From the NCBI GenBank assembly GCA_048128005.1, contig JBEUKZ010000117.1, positions 1-64,000 on the forward strand: a DNA stretch of 64,000 nt, written 5' to 3'. The DNA is from Veleropilina oligotropha. Its lineage: Eukaryota. The notes under the pieces are model-generated. The model saw only the letters and a program-made list of their open reading frames with translations. It ran no database searches and was not told the origin of the DNA. Shown here piece after piece: positions 13,091-25,665 of the stretch (its first letter is position 1; each line of letters opens with the position of its first letter). A program made the position numbers and the translations under genes.

Positions 13091-14684
13091 TAAGTGTTAT
13101 TCAAAGGCGATCGCGCATGCTCAGTTAAAATTACACATTGAACAGATGGCACTACTATACTGAGTATGGTTGTTCCAGTTGACAGTTAACAGCTGACGGT
13201 GCACTGTCGATATATAGTTCCATAAATAGTAGTAGGAATCAATATATATTATCCACAATAAAATTGGCAAGTATCGATAAAAAGAGCGTCGCGTTGCGTA
13301 ACCTGCATTAATCATTAACTGCGCCGCTTTGTCAACTTAGGAATATCTATCAACGACACGGTTGACCGGCGGCAGCGGGAGGGTTTTAAAGCATACGTAA
13401 GGGGTTTACAACATGGAGATGTTAGACCAGGATAATAAACTTCAACAACACCAACCAACCATAGGTTCCTGTGCGATTATATGCGCCAAGTGAAATCATA
13501 ATAGTATCGCTCTACGTTTTACGTTTTCGGTGTATGTCTCTACTGATTTTAGAATGTGTTATTAAATTCGCTTTCTAATGTAAATGCATACACTATCACT
13601 TATTTTAATTGCACACAATCATCGTATTTGTACATAACTTATATATGTTTCACTGCAGAAATTCAGTTACCTGTAGAATCTCCTCTTTGATAATACCTCC
13701 GTAAGTTCGTGTCTCGTTGGTTGTAAACGTTCTCTTTGATATACGGCGACATAGTGACGAGAGCCTCAAAAGTGCAATCAGCTAAGCGCCTCCAATTTTC
13801 GTTGTGAGTAAAAATATCAACACATATTAACGCAAAATGATTGCGTTCAAACGCAATAACATTGCGTTCGAACGCAATAAGATTGCGTTTGAACGCAATG
13901 TTATTGCGTTTGAACGCAATCTTATTGCGTTTGAACGCAATCTTATTGCGTTTGAACGCAAAACATTGCGTTCAAACGCAATAAAAATATTTTTACCCCT
14001 GAAGCTAATGGGCTGCCGTAGATATACTTACATATAGGAGGATATTATAAAAAGTTTTGATGATTAAAAATTGAAGAACATTCATTGTTTTTTTTATAAA
14101 ACGACGGCCATTATGGTGAACATCCATTCAGTTCTACCAACCCAATTTGGTTTGTCAGACGTCTCATCGAAACATGCAGACGTTTCTTCAAATATGAAAA
14201 TAAATATTGCATGCGATGTGACATTTATGTCAAATATTAAAAAAGTAATGTTGTGGCTCGTATTCCGAAAATTTCCAAGTTAACTTCGGCAGTGCCCAAC
14301 GTGAAGAAATTTCTTTTGGCGATATGTCTGTTACCCATAATTAATAAAACCGGTGCACTTGAGTTATTTTCACTTTTAATTCGAAGGAGCTCCACTGATG
14401 TTGTCTATATAATTTTTGTTAATAAATCACCAGACAGCACTTGGACTCATCTAGATACCAATCAGACAGACTAAGCGGTGAACCCAGTGTGGTTTTATTT
14501 TGTGCGTGCCCATTGCTATTGCATCAGAACCTCTCTGACTTACCTGGTGTCTATTAGAGGCCTGTCGACTATAAGAAGCGTTACGGTAATTTACATTAGA
14601 GAGAAAACTGAATATGAGGTTTTGTGTGTATTTATCACCATCTCATTTGACGATTCATAATGAAGAGAAATAGATGGTATTTGA

Positions 14685-15119
14685 TGGTATGTCAGAAATA
14701 TTAAATATATTTTGTCGAGTGAAATATATCCTAGCGGATTCACAAAAGGCCAGAGCCTTGACTGAATCGGCTAGGATATAGTTCATGAGACAAAATATAT
14801 TTAATATTTCTGACATAACAAAGAATGCTCTATTTATGATATAAATGGGTTAGTTATCAATTAAATACTGTTTTCATTATATAGCCATGCTTATTTTTGT
14901 GGAAGAACGAACTCCTTCGCTGTTGACGTTGTAATGTTGAAATGTAGTTCGCCATGAATGACGTCGCCATGGAACAACATTTTTATGATGTCACTTTATG
15001 ATGCGTTTTTGATATTTTCACTCACGACAGTGAAATATGGAAAATATTTTCACTCACGTGAGTGAAAATATAGATGAGTGAATTACCGATTATATTTTTG
15101 CCATTATTTAACGAATAAC
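14685..15119 (+). repeat. Interspersed repeat of about 450 bp with an internal hairpin; its end is the target of the two large insertions and resumes at 38912
   Basis: Intact copies at about 60255-60712 (+) and about 49054-49500 (-); internal IR TGTCAGAAATATTAAATATATTTTGTC...GACAAAATATATTTAATATTTCTGACA. Confidence 0.8.
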
Positions 15120-18100
15120 TATGGTGGCTGATTTATGCCATGTCGTCTTGTCGTCTTGGCGGGGCGCCAAGACGACAAGACGACAGGACGACAAGACGAC
15201 AAGACGACAAAATACCGCGCCAAAACGACAGGACGACAAGACGACAAGACGACAAGACGACATTCTAACGCGAAAAGACGACAACGTGAGCGCGCCAGAA
15301 CGACAAAACGACAGGCTATAATTGTCGTCTTTTCGCCCTAGAATGTCGTCTTTTCGCGTTAAAATGTCGTCTTTTCGTCTTGTCGTCCTGTCGTCTTTTC
15401 GTCTTGTCGTCTTTTCGTCTTGTCGTCTTTTCGTCTTTTCGTCTTGTCGTCTTTTCGTCTTGTCGTCTTTTCGTCTTGTCGTCTTTTCGTCTTGTCGTCT
15501 TTTCGTCTTGTCGTCCTGTCGTCTTGTCGTCCTGTCGTCTTGTCGTCTTTTCGTCTTGTCGTCTTTTCGTCTTGTCGTCTTTTCGTCTTGTCGTCTTTTC
15601 GTCTTGTCGTCTTTTCGTCTTTTCGTCTTGTCGTCTTTTCGTCTTGTCGTCTTGTCGTCTTTTCGTCTTGTCGTCTTTTCGTCTTGTCGTCTTTTCGTCT
15701 TGTCGTCTTTTCGTCTTGTCGTCTTGTCGTCTTGTCGTCTTTTCGTCTTGTCGTCTTGTCGTCCTGTCGTCTTGTCGTCCTGTCGTCTTTTCGCCTTATG
15801 TTTATTTTGTCTCTGCAGCGACATGCGCTAACGGTTTGAAAGCTGATACACACATTTACTTGTCAGCTTTGCGGCGCACGTGCGTGTCTGAATAGTTATT
15901 TTCGTTTGGCGTTGCGTGTGATAGGCTGCGAGCTTGTATCTGCAGTAAATATGACCATCATTGTCAAACAGTAATATACCAGAAACTTATACAAACTTGT
16001 TAGATGAAATACATATACCCAGATGCACACCCAGATATTATAGATACTCAACCAAAAGAGAAACGCACGCCTCTCTTTCTTACAATTTAACTACGTTAAC
16101 AATTGGCGAAAATTTAATACACGAAAGCATTTCGGAGCCGCAAATTTCTTTTCTTCCTTAATGAATTAAATGAAAGATAATTATTCTCTGCCAAAGAAAT
16201 TTGCGGGCGATATTAAAATTCAGACCTTCCTCGCGTGCGCGCGTCTGTATGCCCGTGTAAATTAAATTAGCAAAGGCATCTGTTAACTAACAGCTTAATA
16301 TATCCAAATTTCGTAAATATATTTTTAGCTGTTTATGATATACGCTCCGGAAAAGACAATTTGCACGGGCGAACGGATTTTTGCATGGAATAATTATCGG
16401 TCATTTAAGTAATTAATGCATGAAAAACAGTTAGCTTCTCGGAAATGTTTTCTTGCATTATATGTTTTGAAAATTGTTAACCTTGTGAAATGAAATAAAA
16501 GTAGGGTTTTTGTTTTGGCACGTCGATTTACCCCAATCGACCCCAATCGACCCCAATCGAACCCCAATCGAACCCCAATCGACCCCAATCGAACCCCAAT
16601 CGACCTCAAGTATGCAGCAACGTACCTATATCAACTATAATATACATCGATAATGTAAATAATATGAATTATATTAATATTTTAGGCTTAATTGCAATTG
16701 CGTACTTCGTTTTTGACTCCGTCGAAGTCCGGAGCGCAAATGTTGAATTCAACTAAACGGCTCTAATTAATAATAAAAAATGCTACTTTCAACATTGTCT
16801 CGAATGCAAACTATTAGACTGCAGTTTAACAAAAGAACTTATGTATACGTTAAACAGATAAAACTTATTTCGTCATGCGTATAATATTTATCAATAATGA
16901 TGTCGTTTTGTGCCTGGTGAACACGTCATTGATCATACTTTGTGCTCGTCGGCGTATTTAGACTGTTGTGTAGAAAACTACTAAAACCTCCATGTCTTAT
17001 ATATTTGCCCAAGACTCGGCTTCAAGCCCTGATCGGGCATTCATGTGTATTACTATAATTTAGGCAAGACGCCATATAAGGCTCGGTTTCGAGATCAAAG
17101 GTTCACTTTCTGCTTCCTCATACTTTGTGCTCGTCGGCATACGCCATATAAGGCTCGGTTTCGAGATCAGAGGTTGGCACATCTCCAACGGTCGAACTCC
17201 AGTCAAAACAATCGCATAACATTAAGCAACTTGCTTGAACTAAACTTTGTTGATAGTTAAGTAGATATATTGATACTTCTCAGAGAAATAAAGTAATGAA
17301 CTATGAAATATGGTTTGAAGTTTACAACGATTATCCTTTCGCGATTTGCGCACACAACGGAACCGACAAGGACACTATTTAGCGCAATAATAATAATTAT
17401 TACAAAATAAAGATAACATAATTCATTATATATTTGTATTGTTTATCATATTTGCATGCTACCAGTTGGATTTAGTTCGTGTAATTAGAACCGTTTCGCG
17501 AATTCAATATTTGTGATCCCGACTTCCGCGAACTAAAAAACGATGTACGCAATTGCAATTGGGCCTAATATAATTAAATAAATCATAATGTGCACATTAT
17601 GGATGTATATTATAGTTGCCAGGCGGTCGATTGGGGTTCGATTGGGGTTCGATTGGGGTTCGATTGGGGTCGATTGGGGTCGATTGGGGTCGATTGGGGT
17701 AAATCGACGTGCCGAAACAAAAACCCTACTTTTATTTCATTTCACAGGGTTAACAATTTGCAAAACATATAATGCAAGAAAACATTTCCGAGAAGCTAAC
17801 TGTTTTTCATGCATTAATTACTTAAATGACCGATAATTATTCCATGCAAAAATAAATATGTGGGGGATATTAAAATGCAGACTGCCCGTGCGTGCGCGTG
17901 TCCGTTCGCCCGTGCAAATTGTCTTTTCCGGAGCGCATCTCATAAACAGCTAAAAATATATTTACGAAATTTGTATATATTAAGCTGTTAGTTAACAGAT
18001 GCCTTTGCTAATTTAATTTACACGGGCATACAGACGCGCGCACGCGAGGAAGGTCTGAATTTTAATATCGCCCGCAAATTTCTTTGGCAGAGAATAATTA

Positions 18101-21100
18101 TCTTTCATTTAATTCATTAAGGAAGAAAAGAAATTTGCGGCTCCGAAATGCTTTCGTGTATTAAATTTTCGCCAATTGTTAACGTAGTTAAAGTGTAAGA
18201 AAGAGAGGCGTGCGTTTCTCTTTTTGGTTGAGTATCTATAATATCTGGGTGTGCATCTGGGTGTATGTATTTCATCTAACAAGTTTGTATAAGTTTCTGG
18301 TATATTACTGTTTGACAATGATGGTCATATTTACTGCAGATACATGCTCGCAGCCTATCACACGCAACGCCAAACGAAAATAACTATTCAGACACGCACG
18401 TGCGCCGCAAAGCTGACAAGTAAATGTGTGTATCAGCTTTCAAACCGTTAGCGCATGTCGCTGCAGAGACAAAATAAACATAAGGCGAAAAGACGACAGG
18501 ACGACAAGACGACAGGACGACAAGACGAAAAGACGATAAGACGAAAAGACGACAAGACGACAAGACGAAAAGACGACAAGACGAAAAGACGACAAGACGA
18601 AAAGACGACAAGACGAAAAGACGACAAGACGACAAGACGAAAAGACGACAAGACGAAAAGACGAAAAGACGACAAGACGAAAAGACGACAGGACGACAAG
18701 ACGACAGGACGACAAGACGAAAAGACGACAAGACGAAAAGACGACAAGACGAAAAAGACGACAAGACGAAAAAGACGACAAGACGAAAAGACGACAAGAC
18801 GACAAGACGACAAGACGACAAGACGACAAGACGACAAGACGAAAAGACGACAAGACGAAAAGACGACAAGACGAAAAGACGACAAGACGAAAAGACGACA
18901 AGACGAAAAGACGACAAGACGAAAAGACGACAAGACGAAAAGACGACAAGACGAAAAGACGACAAGACGACAAGACGACAGGACGACAAGACGAAAAGAT
19001 GACAAGACGAAAAGACGACAAGACGACAAGACGAAAAGACGACAGGACGAAAAGACGACAAGACGAAAAGACGACAAGACGAAAAGACGACAAGACGAAA
19101 AGACGACATTTTAACGCGAAAAGACGACATTCTAGGGCGAAAAGACGACAATTATAGCCTGTCGTTTTGTCGGTTCTGGCGCGCTCACGTTGTCGTCTTT
19201 TCGCGTTAGAATGTCGTCTTGTCGTCTTGTCGTCTTGTCGTCCTGTCGTTTGGCGCGGTATTTTGTCGTCTTGTCGTCTTGTCGTCCTGTCGTCTTGTCG
19301 TCCTGTCGTCTTGTCGTCTTTTCGTCTTGTCGTCTTTTCGTCTTGTCGTCTTTTCGTCTTGTCGTCTTTTCGTCTTGTCGTCTTTTCGTCTTTTCGTCTT
19401 GTCGTCTTTTCGTCTTGTCGTCTTGTCGTCTTTTCGTCTTGTCGTCTTTTCGTCTTGTCGTCTTTTCGTCTTGTCGTCTTTTCGTCTTGTCGTCTTGTCG
19501 TCTTGTCGTCTTTTCGTCTTGTCGTCTTGTCGTCCTGTCGTCTTGTCGTCCTGTCGTCTTTTCGCCTTATGTTTATTTTGTCTCTGCAGCGACATGCGCT
19601 AACGGTTTGAAAGCTGATACACACATTTACTTGTCAGCTTTGCGGCGCACGTGCGTGTCTGAATAGTTATTTTCGTTTGGCGTTGCGTGTGATAGGCTGC
19701 GAGCTTGTATCTGCAGTAAATATGACCATCATTGTCAAACAGTAATATACCAGAAACTTATACAAACTTGTTAGATGAAATACATATACCCAGATGCACA
19801 CCCAGATATTATAGATACTCAACCAAAAGAGAAACGCACGCCTCTCTTTCTTACAATTTAACTACGTTAACAATTGGCGAAAATTTAATACACGAAAGCA
19901 TTTCGGAGCCGCAAATTTCTTTTCTTCCTTAATGAATTAAATGAAAGATAATTATTCTCTGCCAAAGAAATTTGCGGGCGATATTAAAATTCAGACCTTC
20001 CTCGCGTGCGCGCGTCTGTATGCCCGTGTAAATTAAATTAGCAAAGGCATCTGTTAACTAACAGCTTAATATATCCAAATTTCGTAAATATATTTTTAGC
20101 TGTTTATGATATACGCTCCGGAAAAGACAATTTGCACGGGCGAACGGATTTTTGCATGGAATAATTATCGGTCATTTAAGTAATTAATGCATGAAAAACA
20201 GTTAGCTTCTCGGAAATGTTTTCTTGCATTATATGTTTTGAAAATTGTTAACCTTGTGAAATGAAATAAAAGTAGGGTTTTTGTTTTGGCACGTCGATTT
20301 ACCCCAATCGACCCCAATCGACCCCAATCGAACCCCAATCGAACCCCAATCGACCCCAATCGAACCCCAATCGACCTCAAGTATGCAGCAACGTACCTAT
20401 ATCAACTATAATATACATCGATAATGTAAATAATATGAATTATATTAATATTTTAGGCTTAATTGCAATTGCGTACTTCGTTTTTGACTCCGTCGAAGTC
20501 CGGAGCGCAAATGTTGAATTCAACTAAACGGCTCTAATTAATAATAAAAAATGCTACTTTCAACATTGTCTCGAATGCAAACTATTAGACTGCAGTTTAA
20601 CAAAAGAACTTATGTATACGTTAAACAGATAAAACTTATTTCGTCATGCGTATAATATTTATCAATAATGATGTCGTTTTGTGCCTGGTGAACACGTCAT
20701 TGATCATACTTTGTGCTCGTCGGCGTATTTAGACTGTTGTGTAGAAAACTACTAAAACCTCCATGTCTTATATATTTGCCCAAGACTCGGCTTCAAGCCC
20801 TGATCGGGCATTCATGTGTATTACTATAATTTAGGCAAGACGCCATATAAGGCTCGGTTTCGAGATCAAAGGTTCACTTTCTGCTTCCTCATACTTTGTG
20901 CTCGTCGGCATACGCCATATAAGGCTCGGTTTCGAGATCAGAGGTTGGCACATCTCCAACGGTCGAACTCCAGTCAAAACAATCGCATAACATTAAGCAA
21001 CTTGCTTGAACTAAACTTTGTTGATAGTTAAGTAGATATATTGATACTTCTCAGAGAAATAAAGTAATGAACTATGAAATATGGTTTGAAGTTTACAACG

Positions 21101-23130
21101 ATTATCCTTTCGCGATTTGCGCACACAACGGAACCGACAAGGACACTATTTAGCGAAATAATAATAATTATTACAAAATAAAGATAACATAATTCATTAT
21201 ATATTTGTATTGTTTATCATATTTGCATGCTACCAGTTGGATTTAGTTCGTGTAATTAGAACCGTTTCGCGAATTCAATATTTGTGATCCCGACTTCCGC
21301 GAACTAAAAAACGATGTACGCAATTGCAATTGGGCCTAATATAATTAAATAAATCATAATGTGCACATTATGGATGTATATTATAGTTGCCAGGCGGTCG
21401 ATTGGGGTTCGATTGGGGTTCGATTGGGTTTCGATTGGGGTCGATTGGGGTCGATTGGGGTCGATTGGGGTAAATCGACGTGCCGAAACAAAAACCCTAC
21501 TTTTATTTCATTTCACAGGGTTAACAATTTGCAAAACATATAATGCAAGAAAACATTTCCGAGAAGCTAACTGTTTTTCATGCATTAATTACTTAAATGA
21601 CCGATAATTATTCCATGCAAAAATAAATATGTGGGGGATATTAAAATGCAGACTGCCCGTGCGTGCGCGTGTCCGTTCGCCCGTGCAAATTGTCTTTTCC
21701 GGAGCGCATCTCATAAACAGCTAAAAATATATTTACGAAATTTGTATATATTAAGCTGTTAGTTAACAGATGCCTTTGCTAATTTAATTTACACGGGCAT
21801 ACAGACGCGCGCACGCGAGGAAGGTCTGAATTTTAATATCGCCCGCAAATTTCTTTGGCAGAGAATAATTATCTTTCATTTAATTCATTAAGGAAGAAAA
21901 GAAATTTGCGGCTCCGAAATGCTTTCGTGTATTAAATTTTCGCCAATTGTTAACGTAGTTAAAGTGTAAGAAAGAGAGGCGTGCGTTTCTCTTTTTGGTT
22001 GAGTATCTATAATATCTGGGTGTGCATCTGGGTGTATGTATTTCATCTAACAAGTTTGTATAAGTTTCTGGTATATTACTGTTTGACAATGATGGTCATA
22101 TTTACTGCAGATACATGCTCGCAGCCTATCACACGCAACGCCAAACGAAAATAACTATTCAGACACGCACGTGCGCCGCAAAGCTGACAAGTAAATGTGT
22201 GTATCAGCTTTCAAACCGTTAGCGCATGTCGCTGCAGAGACAAAATAAACATAAGGCGAAAAGACGACAGGACGACAAGACGACAGGACGACAAGACGAA
22301 AAGACGATAAGACGAAAAGACGACAAGACGACAAGACGAAAAGACGACAAGACGAAAAGACGACAAGACGAAAAGACGACAAGACGAAAAGACGACAAGA
22401 CGACAAGACGAAAAGACGACAAGACGAAAAGACGAAAAGACGACAAGACGAAAAGACGACAGGACGACAAGACGACAGGACGACAAGACGAAAAGACGAC
22501 AAGACGAAAAGACGACAAGACGAAAAGACGACAAGACGAAAAGACGACAAGACGAAAAGACGACAAGACGACAAGACGACAAGACGACAAGACGACAAGA
22601 CGACAAGACGACAAGACGAAAAGACGACAAGACGAAAAGACGACAAGACGAAAAGACGACAAGACGAAAAGACGACAAGACGAAAAGACGACAAGACGAA
22701 AAGACGACAAGACGAAAAGACGACAAGACGAAAAGACGACAAGACGACAAGACGACAGGACGACAAGACGAAAAGATGACAAGACGAAAAGACGACAAGA
22801 CGACAAGACGAAAAGACGACAGGACGAAAAGACGACAAGACGAAAAGACGACAAGACGAAAAGACGACAAGACGAAAAGACGACATTTTAACGCGAAAAG
22901 ACGACATTCTAGGGCGAAAAGACGACAATTATAGCCTGTCGTTTTGTCGTTCTGGCGCGCTCACGTTGTCGTCTTTTCGCGTTAGAATGTCGTCTTGTCG
23001 TCTTGTCGTCTTGTCGTCCTGTCGTTTTGGCGCGGTATTTTGTCGTCTTGTCGTCTTGTCGTCCTGTCGTCTTGTCGTCTTGGCGCCCCGCCAAGACGAC
23101 AAGACGACATGGCATAAATCAGCCACCATA
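15120..23130. mobile_element. Non-coding foldback (long-TIR) DNA transposon present as a tandem dimer, period 3771 bp
   Basis: Ends TATGGTGGCTGATTTATGCCATGTCGTC / GACGACATGGCATAAATCAGCCACCATA; 6-bp TSD AATAAC at 15114-15119 and 23131-23136. Arms of about 1.6 kb contain 8-bp (TTGTCGTC/TTTTCGTC) and 10-11-bp (ACCCCAATCG) arrays; internal landmarks recur at +3771. Confidence 0.9.
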
Positions 23131-23142
23131 AATAACAGCACC

Positions 23143-23305
23143 AGCAGCAGGGGGGGTGACCATACCTTTTATCTGGGGGCGCGGCGAGGGAAATTAAGGC
23201 TCCCAGCGCCTTTTCAGAATTAATATGGATCTCAACCCAGCAGCAGGGGGGGTGATTGGACTTTTTAGAATGGGAAAATACAGCGCCCAGCACCATTTCA
23301 GAACT
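23143..23305 (+). repeat. Left TIR of the Polinton-like element
   Basis: AGCAGCAGGGGGGGTGAC...CACCATTTCAGAACT; reverse complement of 38749-38911 with about 4 mismatches counted by eye; patchy similarity continues to about 23455. Confidence 0.95.
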
Positions 23306-24171
23306 GAGCTGGTATTACTGTGGAGGGCTAGGGAGTTAGACTAGGGGCGGGGCGGCCACTGTGGGGGCTCCCAGCTATATTTTGGGACTGAGGGTAGGGC
23401 TTGTATTACAAAAACTTACCGTGTGTACAGACAGTCCACTACCCCGGCCGGGCCCTGGTGTATGTTTGTATCCGTGTCGAGAACTGTCTAGACTGTCGGC
23501 GGACAGGCTCTGTGATATTCGGGCTTGATATCTTGGTGTCTATTCTAGAATCATCGAGTCTATTCTAGAATGATCTAGAAGGCTGTATTGCCACGTGACG
23601 AATGACTCGACCAAAATACGGTAACTACATAAACAAGGTTACCAGAAAATTTTAACTGTGCTAAACGGGAGTATGGTTACAAGAAAAAGAAATCTGGGTC
23701 AATCTTTCTTGACTGGCCCAGAAAATTTTTATATCTATGCCAGTAGGTTGTTTTTCTTTTTCGCCAACAGCTAAATACCTATACGACAGCTTGCGACTTC
23801 TTTGCTAATGCGTTAGACAAAATCTAGGTCAGCCAGCCTGATAGCAGGGAGAGAACAATGGAACCGTAGGCGCGACCAAATATTTGTAAAGACATGGCTT
23901 GATAGGCCAAGCGTTTATATTTACCCACTGAGAAATCCACTAGGCGTCTATTGTTTCATGATTTTAAGGTAATTGAGGCTGTACTGGATAGTCAACAATG
24001 GACAGCCGGCAGGCTGTATTAATACTACACGTGACCAGGTTCGACTAGTAACTTATTGATGCGAGGTATTTCATTCATAAATCGGACAAAGGTCGCTCTC
24101 TTCGACCTGGAAAATGTTTATATAACCAGCTGTGACATATTGTAAGGCAAGAGATTTCCTAATCAGCTGGT

Positions 24172-24588
24172 TTATATGAATATATAGTTGCCCGATATTA
24201 AAGTACAATTACAGGGTGAGATGTGTCTGACTTTTCTCCACATACCGAAGCAGCCCGTAGATAACATGGAGAAATAATGCCCACGTTTACCGTGACATAA
24301 GGACGGCTCAGCGCACTCAATACACACAACGATATTAGGATCTGGGCCACAATCGTTCTCTCCATCGGTAATGAAATAGTGACATGACGGTGCCCGCACT
24401 GGAGGTGGGTCTCGTAGCAAGTTTCTTCGCAAGTGATCGAATCGGGGGTTATACAGGGGGTCGTTGCGGTACCTAGCCCACGTGTGTTCGAGAATTAATG
24501 CAGTGTCACGCGACGACGCCTGGGTGGTACCCCACGCGGCAAAGCACACCGCGGCAATACACAGTAGCATAGATTTCATGGATTTCAT
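24172..24588 (-). CDS. Predicted secreted cysteine-rich protein (138 aa), possibly cystine-knot/IL-17-like
   Basis: Signal-peptide-like MKSMLLCIAAVCFAAWGTTQA; 8 Cys in the mature part, ending CNC. Confidence 0.6.
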   Translation of the reverse strand: MKSMKSMLLCIAAVCFAAWGTTQASSRDTALILEHTWARYRNDPLYNPRFDHLRRNLLRDPPPVRAPSCHYFITDGENDCGPDPNIVVCIECAEPSLCHGKRGHYFSMLSTGCFGMWRKVRHISPCNCTLISGNYIFI

Positions 24589-24670
24589 GGTTGTCCAGAT
24601 ATCACTGTCGATTTCTAGCTTTAATACGGGGGAGGAGCGGGGTAGTCGTGGCTACGCTCAACCTGGATAG

Positions 24671-25306
24671 TTAGTCGCCAGCTCCGATTTTTTTCAGCAG
24701 CTCTGCACGACCCTCTAAACGACCACGCTCAATAAGCTCGCTCTGGGTCTGTGAAATCGCGGTGTGCGCCTTCCTACTCTTATCCCGAATTGATGCCTTC
24801 ATGGCTTGGTATTTCAACATCTCCCCTGTGACCAGTTGGAATTCATCATCAGACATCACCCCGTCCGATAATGCCTTTGAGACGTGGTCGGTTATGGTAT
24901 TCAGCTTGCTGTCGGCCAGGACTCGAATCTCGTCGTGTTTCTTAGCCTTCACCCCGAGGCGCCGGCTGATATACTTTCCACCCATACTAGCGAGCCCACA
25001 CCCTAATGCCGCTAGTTCCAGCACTAGGACGACCGGGGCGGCTACAATTGTGGACAGTAGACCAATTCCAGCGCTACCCATACCAAGTGTGGCGACGACT
25101 AGTCCGTTATCTATACCGTCAACGACGTTAACACCTCGTCGGTACTTTTTATATAGTGCAGCCCGGGCATCCCGTTCTCGCTCTAGCTGTCCCTGAAGCT
25201 CATTCACTTTCTGTAGTCGGAAAGACTGTGCCTCATGCAGTTCCGAAGGCACATCGCCACCAAGCTGTGGGTACAGCGTTGGCGCTGAGGGTTTGTTGTC
25301 CATCAT
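24671..25306 (-). CDS. Coiled-coil membrane protein with N-terminal PSAP/LYPxL motifs (probable start at MMDNKPSAP)
   Basis: ATG at 25306 overlaps the upstream stop (ATGA); hydrophobic hairpin LVVATLGMGSAGIGLLSTIVAAPVVLVLELAALGCGL flanked by charged helices. Confidence 0.8.
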   Translation of the reverse strand: MMDNKPSAPTLYPQLGGDVPSELHEAQSFRLQKVNELQGQLERERDARAALYKKYRRGVNVVDGIDNGLVVATLGMGSAGIGLLSTIVAAPVVLVLELAALGCGLASMGGKYISRRLGVKAKKHDEIRVLADSKLNTITDHVSKALSDGVMSDDEFQLVTGEMLKYQAMKASIRDKSRKAHTAISQTQSELIERGRLEGRAELLKKIGAGD

Positions 25307-25665
25307 ACGTGGCTGTATTGTTCCGCCTGTTTGTTTAAAATGTCTACTGTAACGTTCAAATACAGAGTGCCGACCCACGGGGCCTTGACGACAAAGGCGA
25401 GGGTTAACTTATCCGAATCCAGGCTGAGTTTACTTATGGAACATGCCTTGGGGCCCCCGGCCGGCTGGACCGGCGTCAGGTGGATCATTAGAAGGGCTGG
25501 GTTCAACCCGAACCGACCTCTAGTGTTTGGAAACATGAACTCCCTTCTCGCCAGCCCCTTATTGGGCGCTACCCCACAATTAAGGACAAAGTGCCACCGG
25601 GTCGGGGGGGAAGAGGGCTCATCTGCAAGCAGGGGTAGGGGGAGGGTCCCGTAGATGCTGCTCAT
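25303..25665 (-). CDS. Hypothetical beta-rich protein (120 aa)
   Basis: Fits exactly between its neighbours, with ATGA overlaps at both ends. Confidence 0.6.
   Translation of the reverse strand: MSSIYGTLPLPLLADEPSSPPTRWHFVLNCGVAPNKGLARREFMFPNTRGRFGLNPALLMIHLTPVQPAGGPKACSISKLSLDSDKLTLAFVVKAPWVGTLYLNVTVDILNKQAEQYSHV

Larger units (their letters stand above)
372..14020 (+). mobile_element. IS3EU-like DNA transposon (about 13.6 kb including nested insertions) with a transposase and a convergent second gene
   Basis: Ends TACGGCAGCCCATTAGCTTCAGGGGTAAAAATATTTT (372) and its reverse complement ending at 14020; TIRs continue as 21-bp arrays (to about 680 and from about 13830). TAY..RTA termini with 6-bp target sites match my recollection of the IS3EU superfamily. 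The paralogous locus at 59556-59600 lacks the element. Confidence 0.75.

Noticed and set aside
23137..23142. 6-bp TSD for the viral element
   Set aside because: AGCACC versus TGCACC mismatch; the empty site and symmetric AG..CT ends give a 5-bp GCACC duplication
15108..23296. Many long ORFs of RRQDDKTT / SSCRLVVL type
   Set aside because: Translations of a stop-free 8-bp tandem array open in all frames; not proteins
25331..25654. Plus-strand 107-aa ORF and other antisense ORFs inside viral genes
   Set aside because: Shadow ORFs expected in GC-rich coding DNA; the minus-strand ORF fits the ATGA overlap chain
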